Shown: piece by piece, positions 1 to 10,088 of the stretch | Numbering within the stretch: position 1 is the stretch's first letter | Layout of the letters: each line of letters begins with the position of its first letter | IMG/VR virus record: IMGVR_UViG_3300024312_000003 | Coordinates: 1-64,000 of that record | Source: a virus | DNA length: 64,000 nt | Reading direction: 5' to 3' (one strand) | Program-made: the position numbers and the translations under genes | Notes under the pieces: model-generated | Seen by the model: only the letters and a program-made list of their open reading frames with translations | What the model was told of the DNA's origin: nothing | Databases searched by the model: none

Positions 1-303
1 ATCATTCCAAACGGCATAAGACTGAGCGTTGATTATTTCGACGTACAGTTTCTTAAGGTCCCCTAAGGCTCTGTAGATAATCGGATGGATAACTTCTATC
101 TTGATATCGATGTATGAGAATCGATAGTTTCTTTTCTCATCACCCATTCTACCGAAAATTTCAGTAGAAAACAATCCCTCTGGATGAAAGTCAGAAGTAC
201 TACCATCAAAGAAGTCTAATACTTTAACAGGCTTTAGTCCTGTTAATAATTGGTCATTCAGACGCAATAGTGTTACGTTGAAGGGTACTGATGTTTTATT
301 CAT
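1..303 (-). CDS. rpoC: Virion RNA polymerase beta-prime subunit, N-terminal part (phiKZ gp180-like); 5' portion only, runs off the window; not in the ORF track
   Basis: My translation of the minus strand from ATG at 303 is open for 101 codons: MNKTSVPFNVTLL...HPEGLFSTEIFGRMGDEKRNYRFSYIDIKIEVIHPIIY. This matches the RpoC pattern GLF.E.IFG...R..HI.L..PV.H. It is divergent from the gp181-like gene. Confidence 0.85.
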   Translation of the reverse strand, partial: MNKTSVPFNVTLLRLNDQLLTGLKPVKVLDFFDGSTSDFHPEGLFSTEIFGRMGDEKRNYRFSYIDIKIEVIHPIIYRALGDLKKLYVEIINAQSYAVWND

Positions 304-382
304 TTTTCATTAACCTTCCATTAGGTACTACACTGAATTTGTTTCAGATATAAAAATACCTTATGAAAAATAGAGGTTTAAC

Positions 383-3300
383 ATGGCAAGTAAAATCAAT
401 TATCAGAGCAAGGGTGATTTCAACCCAAGCACTGATCTAGATTTACCAGATTTTGAATTTGATGTTGAGAAACCTAAGAGCAACGGTGAAGTAGTCACTG
501 GTTTAGGTAAAACTGTAGCTAGAAGTGCGGGTAATGCTATATTTAGCACCAACACTCTAGAACAAATAATCAGACGAGCATTGCCGAAGTCGTATGGCGA
601 AACTTTAGACTATATGTCTGAAGCTTCAAGCAATATCAAGTCGCTATACAATACCGCAGTCAAAGAACTGCGTCCGGCAAACTCACAATTAAAGCAATCG
701 ATCAGAACAATACTCCCCAATTTAAAGGATAAGGTTCCAGGATCAATTGCAGATAGACTTAAAGAGTATTCAAAAGTCGATTCAACTTATTCTTCGGAAC
801 TATCTCCAGAGCAACAGCGCGAGCAAGCACTGATGATAGAGCTTGGCAACATGTTTCAAAGCCAAGCAGAACAAAATCACGAAGGACAAGTTAGAGAAGA
901 TCAAAGAGAACAACTCAGACAAGCTCTCGACCAAGTTAGACATAAGGATAATCTTGGTCAATTAAATGCAATCAGAGTTGGTATTGGTAGATTAACAAGT
1001 TATCAAGACAATGTTCTTGCTAATTACCAAAAGAAGTCTCTGGAACTTCAATACAGACAATACTACGCAACAGCTGAAATACTAAAGACTCTAAAACAGA
1101 CTCAAGTAGAAAACAAAGCTGCTTACGAAGGTATCATTACAAATACTTCTTTACCTGAATTCGTAAAGTTAAGCGCCAGTAAGCGATTCAAAGAAATGGC
1201 CAGAAACCGTTTCATGGAAGCTGGTCAAGATGCCTTATTTGGAAGAACGGATTATATTCGTAAATACATGACGAATATAACAAATTCTCTAAAAGAAAAA
1301 ATAAAACAATATGCCGAAGCCGGCAACGACATGACAGACATGCTTTCCATGGGGACCGACATGGCATCCATGGGTTCTGACATGGGTATGGATTTTAAAG
1401 ACATACTGGCAGAACAAGTCGGCGGATTCATGGGTAATGAATATGTTAATTCAAAAATCCCAGGTATAAGAAAATTAGCAAATAAAAATAAGAGAATAGT
1501 TAGGTTTGGCAACAAGCTGGCTTACGGTATAAATAATGCTCCTCACTTAATTAAAAATAGTCTAAACGACTATGATAAGTTTAAGTGGATGTCTGATGAT
1601 CTTAGAAACTTCCTATTGGAGACAATGCCTAATATTGAAGGCGGTGTCAACATGGATGTGGATAAGGCAACGTCAATGATGGATGTTGGATACACCAGCA
1701 AGGGCGTCAATAAGTCATTAACAGAAGTAATTCCTGGTCTGCTTTCCAGAATACATAGAGAGATGTATATTCTCAGAACTGGCAATGAGAATGTCGGTCT
1801 CTTAGCTTATGATTTTGAGAAAAATAAATTTGCTGATTCTAAACAATTAGCAAAAGACATTCGCAGATCAATGGTTTCTTCAGATGAGCGCAAAACAATA
1901 TCTGATAAAACAAATAAATTAGTTAGATTCTTAGGAAAAGCCGGTGGTGGTAATTTATCTGATAGTCAAAAGAAATTATTGTCGGATAAATTAATAGAAA
2001 TGAGCTTCCGCAGAAGAGATACTGACTTCAGTGCACTAGGAATGAAGTCAAGTACTTGGGGCGGCGGAGAGGATGCTAAACAACTTAACAATTTGTTTAG
2101 GAATCTGTTTGGATACGACGGTGTTGATGAGATGAATAATCCCATCTTCAAGAATAAAGATATTCAAGCAAAAGCTCAAAACATGATCACTCAGTCAATC
2201 CAAGACTTGACTGGACACCTTAGAGATCCTAGAGCTAGAATTCAGAACATGGTTAATCTAGGCCAGTACGATGTTCTGAGAGAAGCTGGTTTGTTAAATG
2301 ACGCTAATGAACTTGATAGAAATGCTCTTTATCAAGAAATGCTTGGAGAATACGAAACCGTTCAAACTCCAACTGGTGAACGTCGTCGTAGAAGAAGACT
2401 GAATATCAAAAATGATAACAGACAGTTCACAACCTACAACCAATCAATTGGTTCTCAAGCTAACTCAACAGAGTCTGAAAGTGTAAGTGTCAATAGAGGA
2501 ATGGAAGAGTTGACCGAATCCATAAAGTCAACAAGCATTGTTCCTCAAGCCAATCAAATGGCTGCCTCTTTATTGAGAATAGAGCAAGCTATCAATGAGA
2601 GCATATTGATTCAAGCTAGTAAATTAAGCGATAAAGAATTAGACGGGCTGTCTGCTGAGAGTCGTAAACGAAAAGGCTGGTGGAATAAGACTTTAGGGGA
2701 AGCTACTAAAGATACATTTTCTGGAGTCTTTAATTTTGGTGGTAGTTTATTTAAACACGCTAAAACAGTTAGTAAGCGGTTAGAAACCATTTTAGGTAGA
2801 TCCGCTTCTGCCGGATTCAATGTCGGTAAGAAGACATTCCAAATGGGTGCAGGTATACTCGATAAGTTCTTAGGTGATGTTTATGTTGGTGATGAGAAAT
2901 CTCCAAGACTCACTAAAGCAGCTTTAAAAGCAGGCGAGTACATTGATCAAAAGACAGGTAAAATCATAAAGTCCTTTAAAGACATTACTGGTACTGTTAT
3001 TGATAAGACTGGTTCTGTTTTGCTTGATGCATCTGAAATTGAGAACTCATTTGTAAAAGGCAATAAATTAAGAGCCTTAGGAAGTTTAGTTGGTAATGTC
3101 GGTAAGTTTGCTTTTGGTGAACTTGGATCAAGTTTAGGAAGAGCCGCCAAGATTGGATCAATTGCATTTTCTAAATTTAAATCAGGTTCGGCATCAATTG
3201 CTAAGATGATCATTCCTGTTAAGGATATTTATCTTAAAGGTGAAATCGATAAGGACCCGATACTGTTTAGATGGAAGATGATAAAAGGTTATTACTTTTC

Positions 3301-6300
3301 CAAAAAGACAGGTAAAGTAATACGACATCAAAATGACATAGATGGCCCAGTCATCGAAATGAAGGATGGAGTAGAAACAGTCGTTCTCACTGAAGAGATG
3401 ATCAATCAAGGACTTGTTGACTCCATGGGTAAAGAGATTAGATCTCTTTACATGAATGCCGTTGGTAGACTTGCTAAAATGGGTTTTGCGGCTGGTAAAA
3501 CAATCTTGAGTAAAGCTGTTAAACTCGCAAAGGGAATTGGTGAAAACCTGACAGCTGGAGCTAGTTCTTTATTAAAAGGACTTGGTAGTATATTTGGCGG
3601 ATTTACTTTCATGGGAAAGAAAAACTATGAAGTAAATAAATCAGCTCTTGATGTCCAAAAAGCAATACTCAAACTCTTGCAAGAAAGATTACCAGGTAGA
3701 AAGAAAGTATTTGGAGATCTTGACGGAGATGGTATCCGTGAAGGAAGTTACGAAGATCTTCAAAGAAAGAAATCCAAAGCACAGCAAGCCAAAGAATCCC
3801 TTTCTTCAAAAATGGGATCCGCATCAGGTCTTAACATAGCCGGTATGTTTGGTGGATTAACTGGAGCATTTAGCGGCATAAAGAACATGTTCTCAAAATC
3901 ACCAAAAGAAAAAGAATCAGACGATTCATTAGGCGTTGGTGATATTGCTGCTGGAGTTGCTGGTGGTTCAGTAGGCGGTGGTATTCTTGGTAAGTTTCGA
4001 GGGAAACTGGCTTCTGGAGCTAAGTTACTTGGTAAGGGTGCTTTAGGAATTGGCAGGCTAGGACTATCAGCATTGGGTATGACTGGAGGTGCTGGACTTA
4101 GTGCTGTTACTGCTGGTGCTGGTTTACTAGCGCGTGGTGGGGCTGCTGCACTGGGTTTGATTAGCTGGCCAGTTGCGCTGACTGCTCTTGGTCTTACTGC
4201 AGCCTACTATGGCTATAAGCAGTATAAGAAAAAGAGAATAGACACACTGTCTGCTGTTAGATTTGCACAATACGGTTTTGATGCTTCTGAAGAAGAAGCT
4301 TTGCAGGCTGTCTTTGGTTTAGAAGATGGATTGCAAAAGCATGTAGAGATTAATGCTGGTAAAGGAAAAATCAACGAAGATAAAGTTGATTTTGAAGAAT
4401 TGATTTCTGCCTTTGGTGTTAGTCTGGATGATAAGAAAGCATACTCTAAGTGGAAGGCTTGGTACGAAGCAAGATTCAAACCGGTTTTCTTAGGCCACAT
4501 GGCTGTTTTAAGAACTAGTTATCCTGGAGTCGATATTGATTCTGTGGATTCAAAATTAGATTCGCAGAGTAAGCTTAAATATCTAGACGCAACACAACTT
4601 CTTGGTGTGGATTATGGATTTGTCGTGTCTCCATTTGCTGGAGCCAGGGTCCTCAAGATATCTGTTCAAGGAGTAAAGGGTGCGATAGAAATAGCCAGGG
4701 CAAAACTGCAAAAAGAAATAAAAGACAAAGCGGACTATAAGCCTGGTTTATTAGAAACGAAAGCTAGAGAACTCACAGCAGGTGCCCTTAGTGCAGTTGG
4801 CATGAAGAGTGCAGCCGATAAAATAATGGAGCCTTTATTAAAGAAAGATAAAGATGATTCTGTTGTTAAGGCCGTTAAGCAAAGTATCGAAGCTTCGTCC
4901 AGTGTTAGTGCCAACTATATACAAATAACCAAAGATAGACTAAGTGCCTTACAAGCTATCAGGTTTAAGCTCTACGGTTTGACCGAGATGAAGAGAGAGC
5001 AAGTTAAAGCACTCATGGATCTGGAAGTATCCGTATTTCCTCTGATTAGTTTTAACGATAAGAGTGCCGAGTTTACCGGAAACGGAGTTCAAGTACTTGA
5101 TGCTGTTAAATCCAACTTCGGTATATCTGGATATTCTAGCCCTAGAGGCTACAAGTGGATGAGTTGGTTCCGAAAGAGATTCCTGCCTGTCTACTTGAAT
5201 TATCTGCAAGCCATGAAGCTGGCTACTGGTAAGACCACTCAAGGTGACGGTGAAGCGATAATTAAACCGGACCAACAAATAAGCGTGGCTAACGCCATGA
5301 AGTCCAGCGTCAGTCCAGACGGTGTAAGTGTTTGGGAAGTGCTGGATTCTCCGTGGGAAGATTTGATTGTAAATACCAGTCCGGAGAGCGTTGATCTTAA
5401 CATGAAAGCCTTGGTGGAAGTAAGCAAGGCCCAGGTGTTAGGTCAAGTTTCCAAAACAGCAAACGAGCAAGAAAAGAAGATAGCTGCTTATAAAGCAGCC
5501 AATCCTCCAAAACCAACAGGTAACATTGTTAAAGACACTTACAACAGTGCAGTTAACAGATTTACAAATAACACCCCATATAAGTCAATTGATTCAAGTG
5601 GTAGAGGTGTTAATGCTGTTGGAGATTTTGGCTCAGGAGTTACTATTCAGCATCCCGGAAAGGGAACCGGTGGTGATATAAATAAGATATCAATGCCTGC
5701 TGGTAGCGGTTACGATAACCTGAAGAATACAATTGCTGAAGTGGCTAAGATGGTTGGTGTGGACAATAATCTATTGACCGCGATGACTGCAATTGAGTCC
5801 GGTTTTAAGATAGACGCTAGACCGATTGATAAATCTGGCAGGTTGCTATCAAGCGCCGTTGGTTTACTTCAGATCATCGATGGTACTTGGAATAAGTTGA
5901 TCGAAAAGTATGGTGCTAAGTACGGTATTGCTCCAGGTACTCCAAAAACAGATCCTAGAGCAAACTTACTACTTGGGGCCGAGTACATTCGTGAAAATGT
6001 TGAGTTCCTAAAAGGCAAAGTAGGAAGAGCTTTAACCAATACTGATGTTTATCTTGCTCACTTCTTGGGCCCGGGTGGTGCTGCTAAATTTCTTAAAGCA
6101 GATCCGTCAGCAGTGGCTTCTCAGATACTTCCAGATGCCGCTAAATCAAATCCTTCAGTTTTCTTTGATAAAGAAACCGGAAGACCATTTACGGTAAGTG
6201 AGATATATTCCACATTCACCAATAAACTCAGCAATAGACTCTCTAAGCTGGGAATAAGTGTTCAAACTCAGACTGCTTCTTTGAAAGCGCCTAATTCAGG

Positions 6301-6742
6301 ATTGTCTGAAGTTAAACAAACTGTTGTTGGTGAAATAGCTATTCCGACTCCAAAGGTCGCTGCAGTAGCGGCCGTTAATCCGGTTGTTAGTGGATATGGT
6401 TCTAACGTAGCTTCGGTTCAAAATCAAACCAAACCTACAGTGCCTTCTGTCAATCAGTCTTTCGCTGGTTTTGACAGATCACCATCGCCTTCTTCACGAG
6501 AGATAGAGCAGCAAGTCATTGCAAATAAATCTATCATGAATGACAGAATGGATAGAGTCAGTAAGACTCTTGAATCGTCTCTTGCTGTACAAACAGAAAT
6601 AAGAGATGCCGTGCTTAAGATTCTTCCACAAATCCTTATGAGAGATAAGAGCACATCTCAATCAGTTTCAAATAATGCTTCTCCAACAACTACTACAAAA
6701 GAAGCAACGAAACCTATTGTTAGCATGAGAAGATCAAACTAA
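383..6742 (+). CDS. Large tail (tape-measure-like) protein with C-terminal lytic transglycosylase domain (phiKZ gp181-like)
   Basis: 2119 aa. SLT motifs AIESGF (catalytic Glu near 5795), SAVGLLQIIDGTW and YLAHFLGPGGA. Gly/Ala-rich hydrophobic middle with internal repeats. GAGG RBS upstream. Confidence 0.9.
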   Translation: MASKINYQSKGDFNPSTDLDLPDFEFDVEKPKSNGEVVTGLGKTVARSAGNAIFSTNTLEQIIRRALPKSYGETLDYMSEASSNIKSLYNTAVKELRPANSQLKQSIRTILPNLKDKVPGSIADRLKEYSKVDSTYSSELSPEQQREQALMIELGNMFQSQAEQNHEGQVREDQREQLRQALDQVRHKDNLGQLNAIRVGIGRLTSYQDNVLANYQKKSLELQYRQYYATAEILKTLKQTQVENKAAYEGIITNTSLPEFVKLSASKRFKEMARNRFMEAGQDALFGRTDYIRKYMTNITNSLKEKIKQYAEAGNDMTDMLSMGTDMASMGSDMGMDFKDILAEQVGGFMGNEYVNSKIPGIRKLANKNKRIVRFGNKLAYGINNAPHLIKNSLNDYDKFKWMSDDLRNFLLETMPNIEGGVNMDVDKATSMMDVGYTSKGVNKSLTEVIPGLLSRIHREMYILRTGNENVGLLAYDFEKNKFADSKQLAKDIRRSMVSSDERKTISDKTNKLVRFLGKAGGGNLSDSQKKLLSDKLIEMSFRRRDTDFSALGMKSSTWGGGEDAKQLNNLFRNLFGYDGVDEMNNPIFKNKDIQAKAQNMITQSIQDLTGHLRDPRARIQNMVNLGQYDVLREAGLLNDANELDRNALYQEMLGEYETVQTPTGERRRRRRLNIKNDNRQFTTYNQSIGSQANSTESESVSVNRGMEELTESIKSTSIVPQANQMAASLLRIEQAINESILIQASKLSDKELDGLSAESRKRKGWWNKTLGEATKDTFSGVFNFGGSLFKHAKTVSKRLETILGRSASAGFNVGKKTFQMGAGILDKFLGDVYVGDEKSPRLTKAALKAGEYIDQKTGKIIKSFKDITGTVIDKTGSVLLDASEIENSFVKGNKLRALGSLVGNVGKFAFGELGSSLGRAAKIGSIAFSKFKSGSASIAKMIIPVKDIYLKGEIDKDPILFRWKMIKGYYFSKKTGKVIRHQNDIDGPVIEMKDGVETVVLTEEMINQGLVDSMGKEIRSLYMNAVGRLAKMGFAAGKTILSKAVKLAKGIGENLTAGASSLLKGLGSIFGGFTFMGKKNYEVNKSALDVQKAILKLLQERLPGRKKVFGDLDGDGIREGSYEDLQRKKSKAQQAKESLSSKMGSASGLNIAGMFGGLTGAFSGIKNMFSKSPKEKESDDSLGVGDIAAGVAGGSVGGGILGKFRGKLASGAKLLGKGALGIGRLGLSALGMTGGAGLSAVTAGAGLLARGGAAALGLISWPVALTALGLTAAYYGYKQYKKKRIDTLSAVRFAQYGFDASEEEALQAVFGLEDGLQKHVEINAGKGKINEDKVDFEELISAFGVSLDDKKAYSKWKAWYEARFKPVFLGHMAVLRTSYPGVDIDSVDSKLDSQSKLKYLDATQLLGVDYGFVVSPFAGARVLKISVQGVKGAIEIARAKLQKEIKDKADYKPGLLETKARELTAGALSAVGMKSAADKIMEPLLKKDKDDSVVKAVKQSIEASSSVSANYIQITKDRLSALQAIRFKLYGLTEMKREQVKALMDLEVSVFPLISFNDKSAEFTGNGVQVLDAVKSNFGISGYSSPRGYKWMSWFRKRFLPVYLNYLQAMKLATGKTTQGDGEAIIKPDQQISVANAMKSSVSPDGVSVWEVLDSPWEDLIVNTSPESVDLNMKALVEVSKAQVLGQVSKTANEQEKKIAAYKAANPPKPTGNIVKDTYNSAVNRFTNNTPYKSIDSSGRGVNAVGDFGSGVTIQHPGKGTGGDINKISMPAGSGYDNLKNTIAEVAKMVGVDNNLLTAMTAIESGFKIDARPIDKSGRLLSSAVGLLQIIDGTWNKLIEKYGAKYGIAPGTPKTDPRANLLLGAEYIRENVEFLKGKVGRALTNTDVYLAHFLGPGGAAKFLKADPSAVASQILPDAAKSNPSVFFDKETGRPFTVSEIYSTFTNKLSNRLSKLGISVQTQTASLKAPNSGLSEVKQTVVGEIAIPTPKVAAVAAVNPVVSGYGSNVASVQNQTKPTVPSVNQSFAGFDRSPSPSSREIEQQVIANKSIMNDRMDRVSKTLESSLAVQTEIRDAVLKILPQILMRDKSTSQSVSNNASPTTTTKEATKPIVSMRRSN

Positions 6743-6745
6743 AAA

Positions 6746-6770
6746 ATGCGGGGAGGTTATCCTCCCTGCA
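6746..6770. terminator. Intrinsic terminator-like hairpin
   Basis: ATGCGGGAGG-TTAT-CCTCCCTGCAT directly after the stop codon, with an A-run before and TTTAT after. Confidence 0.7.
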
Positions 6771-6791
6771 TTTATCTTGCAAGGAAATAAA

Positions 6792-8732
6792 ATGGCTATC
6801 GATACTCAACTTCAGAGTAGAAAAATAAGAGACAGAGATTGGGTAAGACAATCTTTTTTAGTAGGTAGCGTAAACAATGACGGAGTCGCCACCTCTAATT
6901 TACAAGACATAGATAAGAAGAATAGATTTTTCAGCACTGCTTCTTTTAAATTTGTAGACACAACGCCTGGCGGTAATTTAGCAATAAATCCACCACCACA
7001 ATACTGTCGCAATGCCGACATAAAAAAGAAATCCATACTTGTTACCGCAAAGCCTCTAGGAAGGTACTATAGCGAGGCTATAGACGACAATAGTCGATTG
7101 ATAAGTATGCGTATGGGAGTGGCTGATTTTAATTCACTGACGACGTTTTGGACAGGTTTCTATAATTCAGAAATGGGAACCTTAGCAAGAACGGGGCGTC
7201 CTCGCGGTTTTGCTTTTACTGTTGGTCAAGCAATTGGTTTTATTGTACCGATGTTAAGTCTTCCATTATTAGCTTTGAATTTAGCTGGTAATATTTATCG
7301 TTTCTTAACTAGTTCGCCTTCTTCAAGATTTTATTATCACAGACCAACCATGCATTTGTATTGGACTGCTGTTAATACAATCTTAAATAACATTGCTGTT
7401 AATAAGGGTGTTATACCTCGAGTATTTGATGACGAGGCTAAAAAGAAGCTGGATAACACGTATTTGTTTAGTAAAGCAGATTATGAAAGATTTGCAAAAC
7501 AAATGCCTGATTTGTTTCTAGATTCAGGCGGTATCTCAGCGTACGCAATAGCTACAAAAGCAATGCGCAATTCTCTTAGAGTCCAGCAAAAGTTCAAAAG
7601 AATGATTGAGGATCAAGGAGAGTCGGTTAACATGGTGGAGCTGCTTGATAAAATAGAGAAAGAAGGTATTCAGCTCGACAATACAAAGTACATGGGTAAC
7701 TATAAAGATTTCATTGATCGATGGATGAAGAGTGAATCAAGAGTAAGTAGTGATCCCAAAATTGATGATAAAAGACAAGGTCAGCCAATAACTGAAGAAG
7801 AAGCACCGTCTTGGAAAGATTATCTAGACGCTGCCTTGAGTGACGGTGCTGAATTTGCAACTTTCCGAGTCGACGCTGATGGATCTATAAGCGAGTCTTT
7901 TAGTAATCAAACTGGACAGCCTGAGATTGCTGGTAAATTCAACAGCACGTCATCTAGCAGTAGAATGACTACTTTTTCTTTGTCGGGTGGTAATTTAGGA
8001 GATGGTCCTATAGCTAGTATAGCTGAAACCGTGATGGGTGCCACTAAAGACTTCATTGCTGGTCTAGCTGATGGGGTTTCAGCATCAGGTCTTGCAAGCT
8101 TAGCGGGTGGGGCTTTTGTAGACATCCCCAATGTTTGGACTGGGTCAACAGCTCAATTACCTAGAATGAATTACACGATGTCGCTGACATCGCCTTACGG
8201 TAATAAGTTGTCTCAATTATTTAACATATACTTACCACTATCAATGATATTGGCTGCAGCACTACCATTATCAACTGGTAGATCTTCATATACCAGTCCT
8301 TTCTTAATTGAGCTTTATGACAGAGGTAGAGCACAAACAAGACTAGGTATAGTCGACTCTCTATCCATAACGAGAGGTACCGCTAACCTCCCATTTGATA
8401 ACAGCGGTAATGCCATGGCAATCGATGTATCGTTTTCAGTGATCGATTTATCGACAGTTGTACACATGCCAATTACAAGAGGATTTACTTTAACAAGTCC
8501 TATTGAGAGCATTTTTGCTGACGATACTTCATTTACTGATTACATGGCTATTTTAGGTGGATTAAGTATTCAGGAACAAATATACGCCACTGATAGATTT
8601 AAGATAGCGTTGACAAAGCAACTGGCTTCTATGAGAACATGGACTTCTGTTGCCAATGCAACCATCTGGCTTAATACCACAGTACCTGGTAAATTACTAA
8701 GCACCTTTTACGCAGGTCTTAATAATAGATGA
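6792..8732 (+). CDS. Virion structural protein (phiKZ gp182-like, baseplate-associated)
   Basis: 646 aa from the ATG behind an AAGGA RBS (the track's TTG at 6777 is probably too long). Lies directly after the gp181-like gene, as in phiKZ-like phages. Confidence 0.65.
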   Translation: MAIDTQLQSRKIRDRDWVRQSFLVGSVNNDGVATSNLQDIDKKNRFFSTASFKFVDTTPGGNLAINPPPQYCRNADIKKKSILVTAKPLGRYYSEAIDDNSRLISMRMGVADFNSLTTFWTGFYNSEMGTLARTGRPRGFAFTVGQAIGFIVPMLSLPLLALNLAGNIYRFLTSSPSSRFYYHRPTMHLYWTAVNTILNNIAVNKGVIPRVFDDEAKKKLDNTYLFSKADYERFAKQMPDLFLDSGGISAYAIATKAMRNSLRVQQKFKRMIEDQGESVNMVELLDKIEKEGIQLDNTKYMGNYKDFIDRWMKSESRVSSDPKIDDKRQGQPITEEEAPSWKDYLDAALSDGAEFATFRVDADGSISESFSNQTGQPEIAGKFNSTSSSSRMTTFSLSGGNLGDGPIASIAETVMGATKDFIAGLADGVSASGLASLAGGAFVDIPNVWTGSTAQLPRMNYTMSLTSPYGNKLSQLFNIYLPLSMILAAALPLSTGRSSYTSPFLIELYDRGRAQTRLGIVDSLSITRGTANLPFDNSGNAMAIDVSFSVIDLSTVVHMPITRGFTLTSPIESIFADDTSFTDYMAILGGLSIQEQIYATDRFKIALTKQLASMRTWTSVANATIWLNTTVPGKLLSTFYAGLNNR

Positions 8733-8733
8733 C

Positions 8734-8765
8734 GGCATAAAGAGGGGAATTCCCCTCTTTATGCC
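8734..8765. repeat. 32-bp perfect palindrome, copy 1 (bidirectional terminator-like)
   Basis: GGCATAAAGAGGGGAATTCCCCTCTTTATGCC fills the gap between convergent stop codons. Confidence 0.95.
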
Positions 8766-9893
8766 TTAAAGATTGTTTGCGAGATTGACAAGAAGTTTCT
8801 CACCTATTTTTGCAAGCAATCTCGGATCTGCTGTTTTCTTCTTAACTGGAGGATTATAGGCATTAGCCATTCTGGCTCTTATCCCTACAGCTGGGAAAAA
8901 CCTAGCGATTTCAGCTTCTACAGTCGTTTGATTTCCGTAATGTAGAATGAGTGCGTAGTTTTTTCTTCTATCAAAATCAGATTCGGACTTTATACCGCGA
9001 AGAATAATGTCTTTAAAAGCCTGACTGCTTTTCTGCAATTTTACAATCGACATTCCTGTTATTTCATTACCTGGAACGTATCCGTTTTTATGCACATGCA
9101 CGTCCCAGTTTGAATTTGCAGCAGACAATATTCCTAAGACTGCATGATAGTCTACATTCTGATCAAAAATATCAGTTAACTTCTTATAACCAAACGCACC
9201 TGCTAAATCTTGAGCAAAGTTAGGATATATGAAATCTAGTGATTTACCTAATTGCCCGTTAGCAAATGTAGATAATGAAGTTAGATCACTATTTTTGATC
9301 ATGTCTGGGAATGAATTTTTGAGAACTCTATTTAGAATTCTGCCAGACATTCCGTTTGTCAATTGTGGTAGTAAACCATTGAGTCCTAGAGAATATGCTT
9401 CTCTAGCTATACCGCTTACAAGACCAGCAACGGCGTCCTCATCGACAATTTCGTAAAGAGGAGATTTAACGTAATCGTTAACGAATTTACCAACTGCATT
9501 TAATCCAGGTATATCAGCGTCTTTAACATACTGGACAATGCCGTTTATCTTAACTCCAACTTCACCAAAATCCTCAAAGCTAGATATTACCTTTTCTTTT
9601 GCATCTTTGCTAAGATCTCTGAAAGAACTGGTAATGCTTTTAGAAGAAGTGACAAGTCTTAAAGCAAGAGCGTCTTTATCGACAGTAACTCCAGTCTTTG
9701 TTACAGACAAGAGCTTTCCAACTTCAGCATTTTGAATACCAGACAATAACGTTTTAACGTCAAGTCCTGCTTTACTACTGATTTCTTGAATACTGGTTAT
9801 TACTTTTTTACTGTCGACTTTATAGATGTCAGCCGCAGCTAACTGATCTCTTGGACCAGTGCTAAATATTGGTTGTACTAAAGGTTGTGACAT
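8766..9893 (-). CDS. Hypothetical protein, probably virion-associated
   Basis: 375-aa ORF with ATG at 9893; no catalytic motif recognised. Confidence 0.7.
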   Translation of the reverse strand: MSQPLVQPIFSTGPRDQLAAADIYKVDSKKVITSIQEISSKAGLDVKTLLSGIQNAEVGKLLSVTKTGVTVDKDALALRLVTSSKSITSSFRDLSKDAKEKVISSFEDFGEVGVKINGIVQYVKDADIPGLNAVGKFVNDYVKSPLYEIVDEDAVAGLVSGIAREAYSLGLNGLLPQLTNGMSGRILNRVLKNSFPDMIKNSDLTSLSTFANGQLGKSLDFIYPNFAQDLAGAFGYKKLTDIFDQNVDYHAVLGILSAANSNWDVHVHKNGYVPGNEITGMSIVKLQKSSQAFKDIILRGIKSESDFDRRKNYALILHYGNQTTVEAEIARFFPAVGIRARMANAYNPPVKKKTADPRLLAKIGEKLLVNLANNL

Positions 9894-9914
9894 TTTTAGT
9901 CCCGATTAACTTTA

Positions 9915-10088
9915 CTACATCATATCGTTCGAATCCGGATTAAGAACTTTATGCAGTATAATCAGAAACATTAAACAAACATCAGCAATTATTTTAACCA
10001 AGAACAAACTACCAATAATAGTAATAATCGAAATCCCAATTGCTAAATTGATACATGCTCTCAGAATATCAGTTATCAGATTAAACAA
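9915..10088 (-). CDS. Small membrane protein (57 aa), not in the ORF track
   Basis: TTG start overlapping the upstream stop, with a purine-rich RBS (AAGGTAGGGA). Translation: MFNLITDILRACINLAIGISIITIIGSLFLVKIIADVCLMFLIILHKVLNPDSNDMM, with two hydrophobic segments. Confidence 0.55.
   Translation of the reverse strand: MFNLITDILRACINLAIGISIITIIGSLFLVKIIADVCLMFLIILHKVLNPDSNDMM

Noticed and set aside
2381-2398. Arg6 run as a nuclear localisation signal
   Set aside because: The genome is clearly a bacteriophage; six residues are not enough to support a targeting function.
3715-3760. DLDGDG as a canonical EF-hand
   Set aside because: Position 12 of the loop is Tyr, not Glu, and no paired helix-loop-helix is evident.
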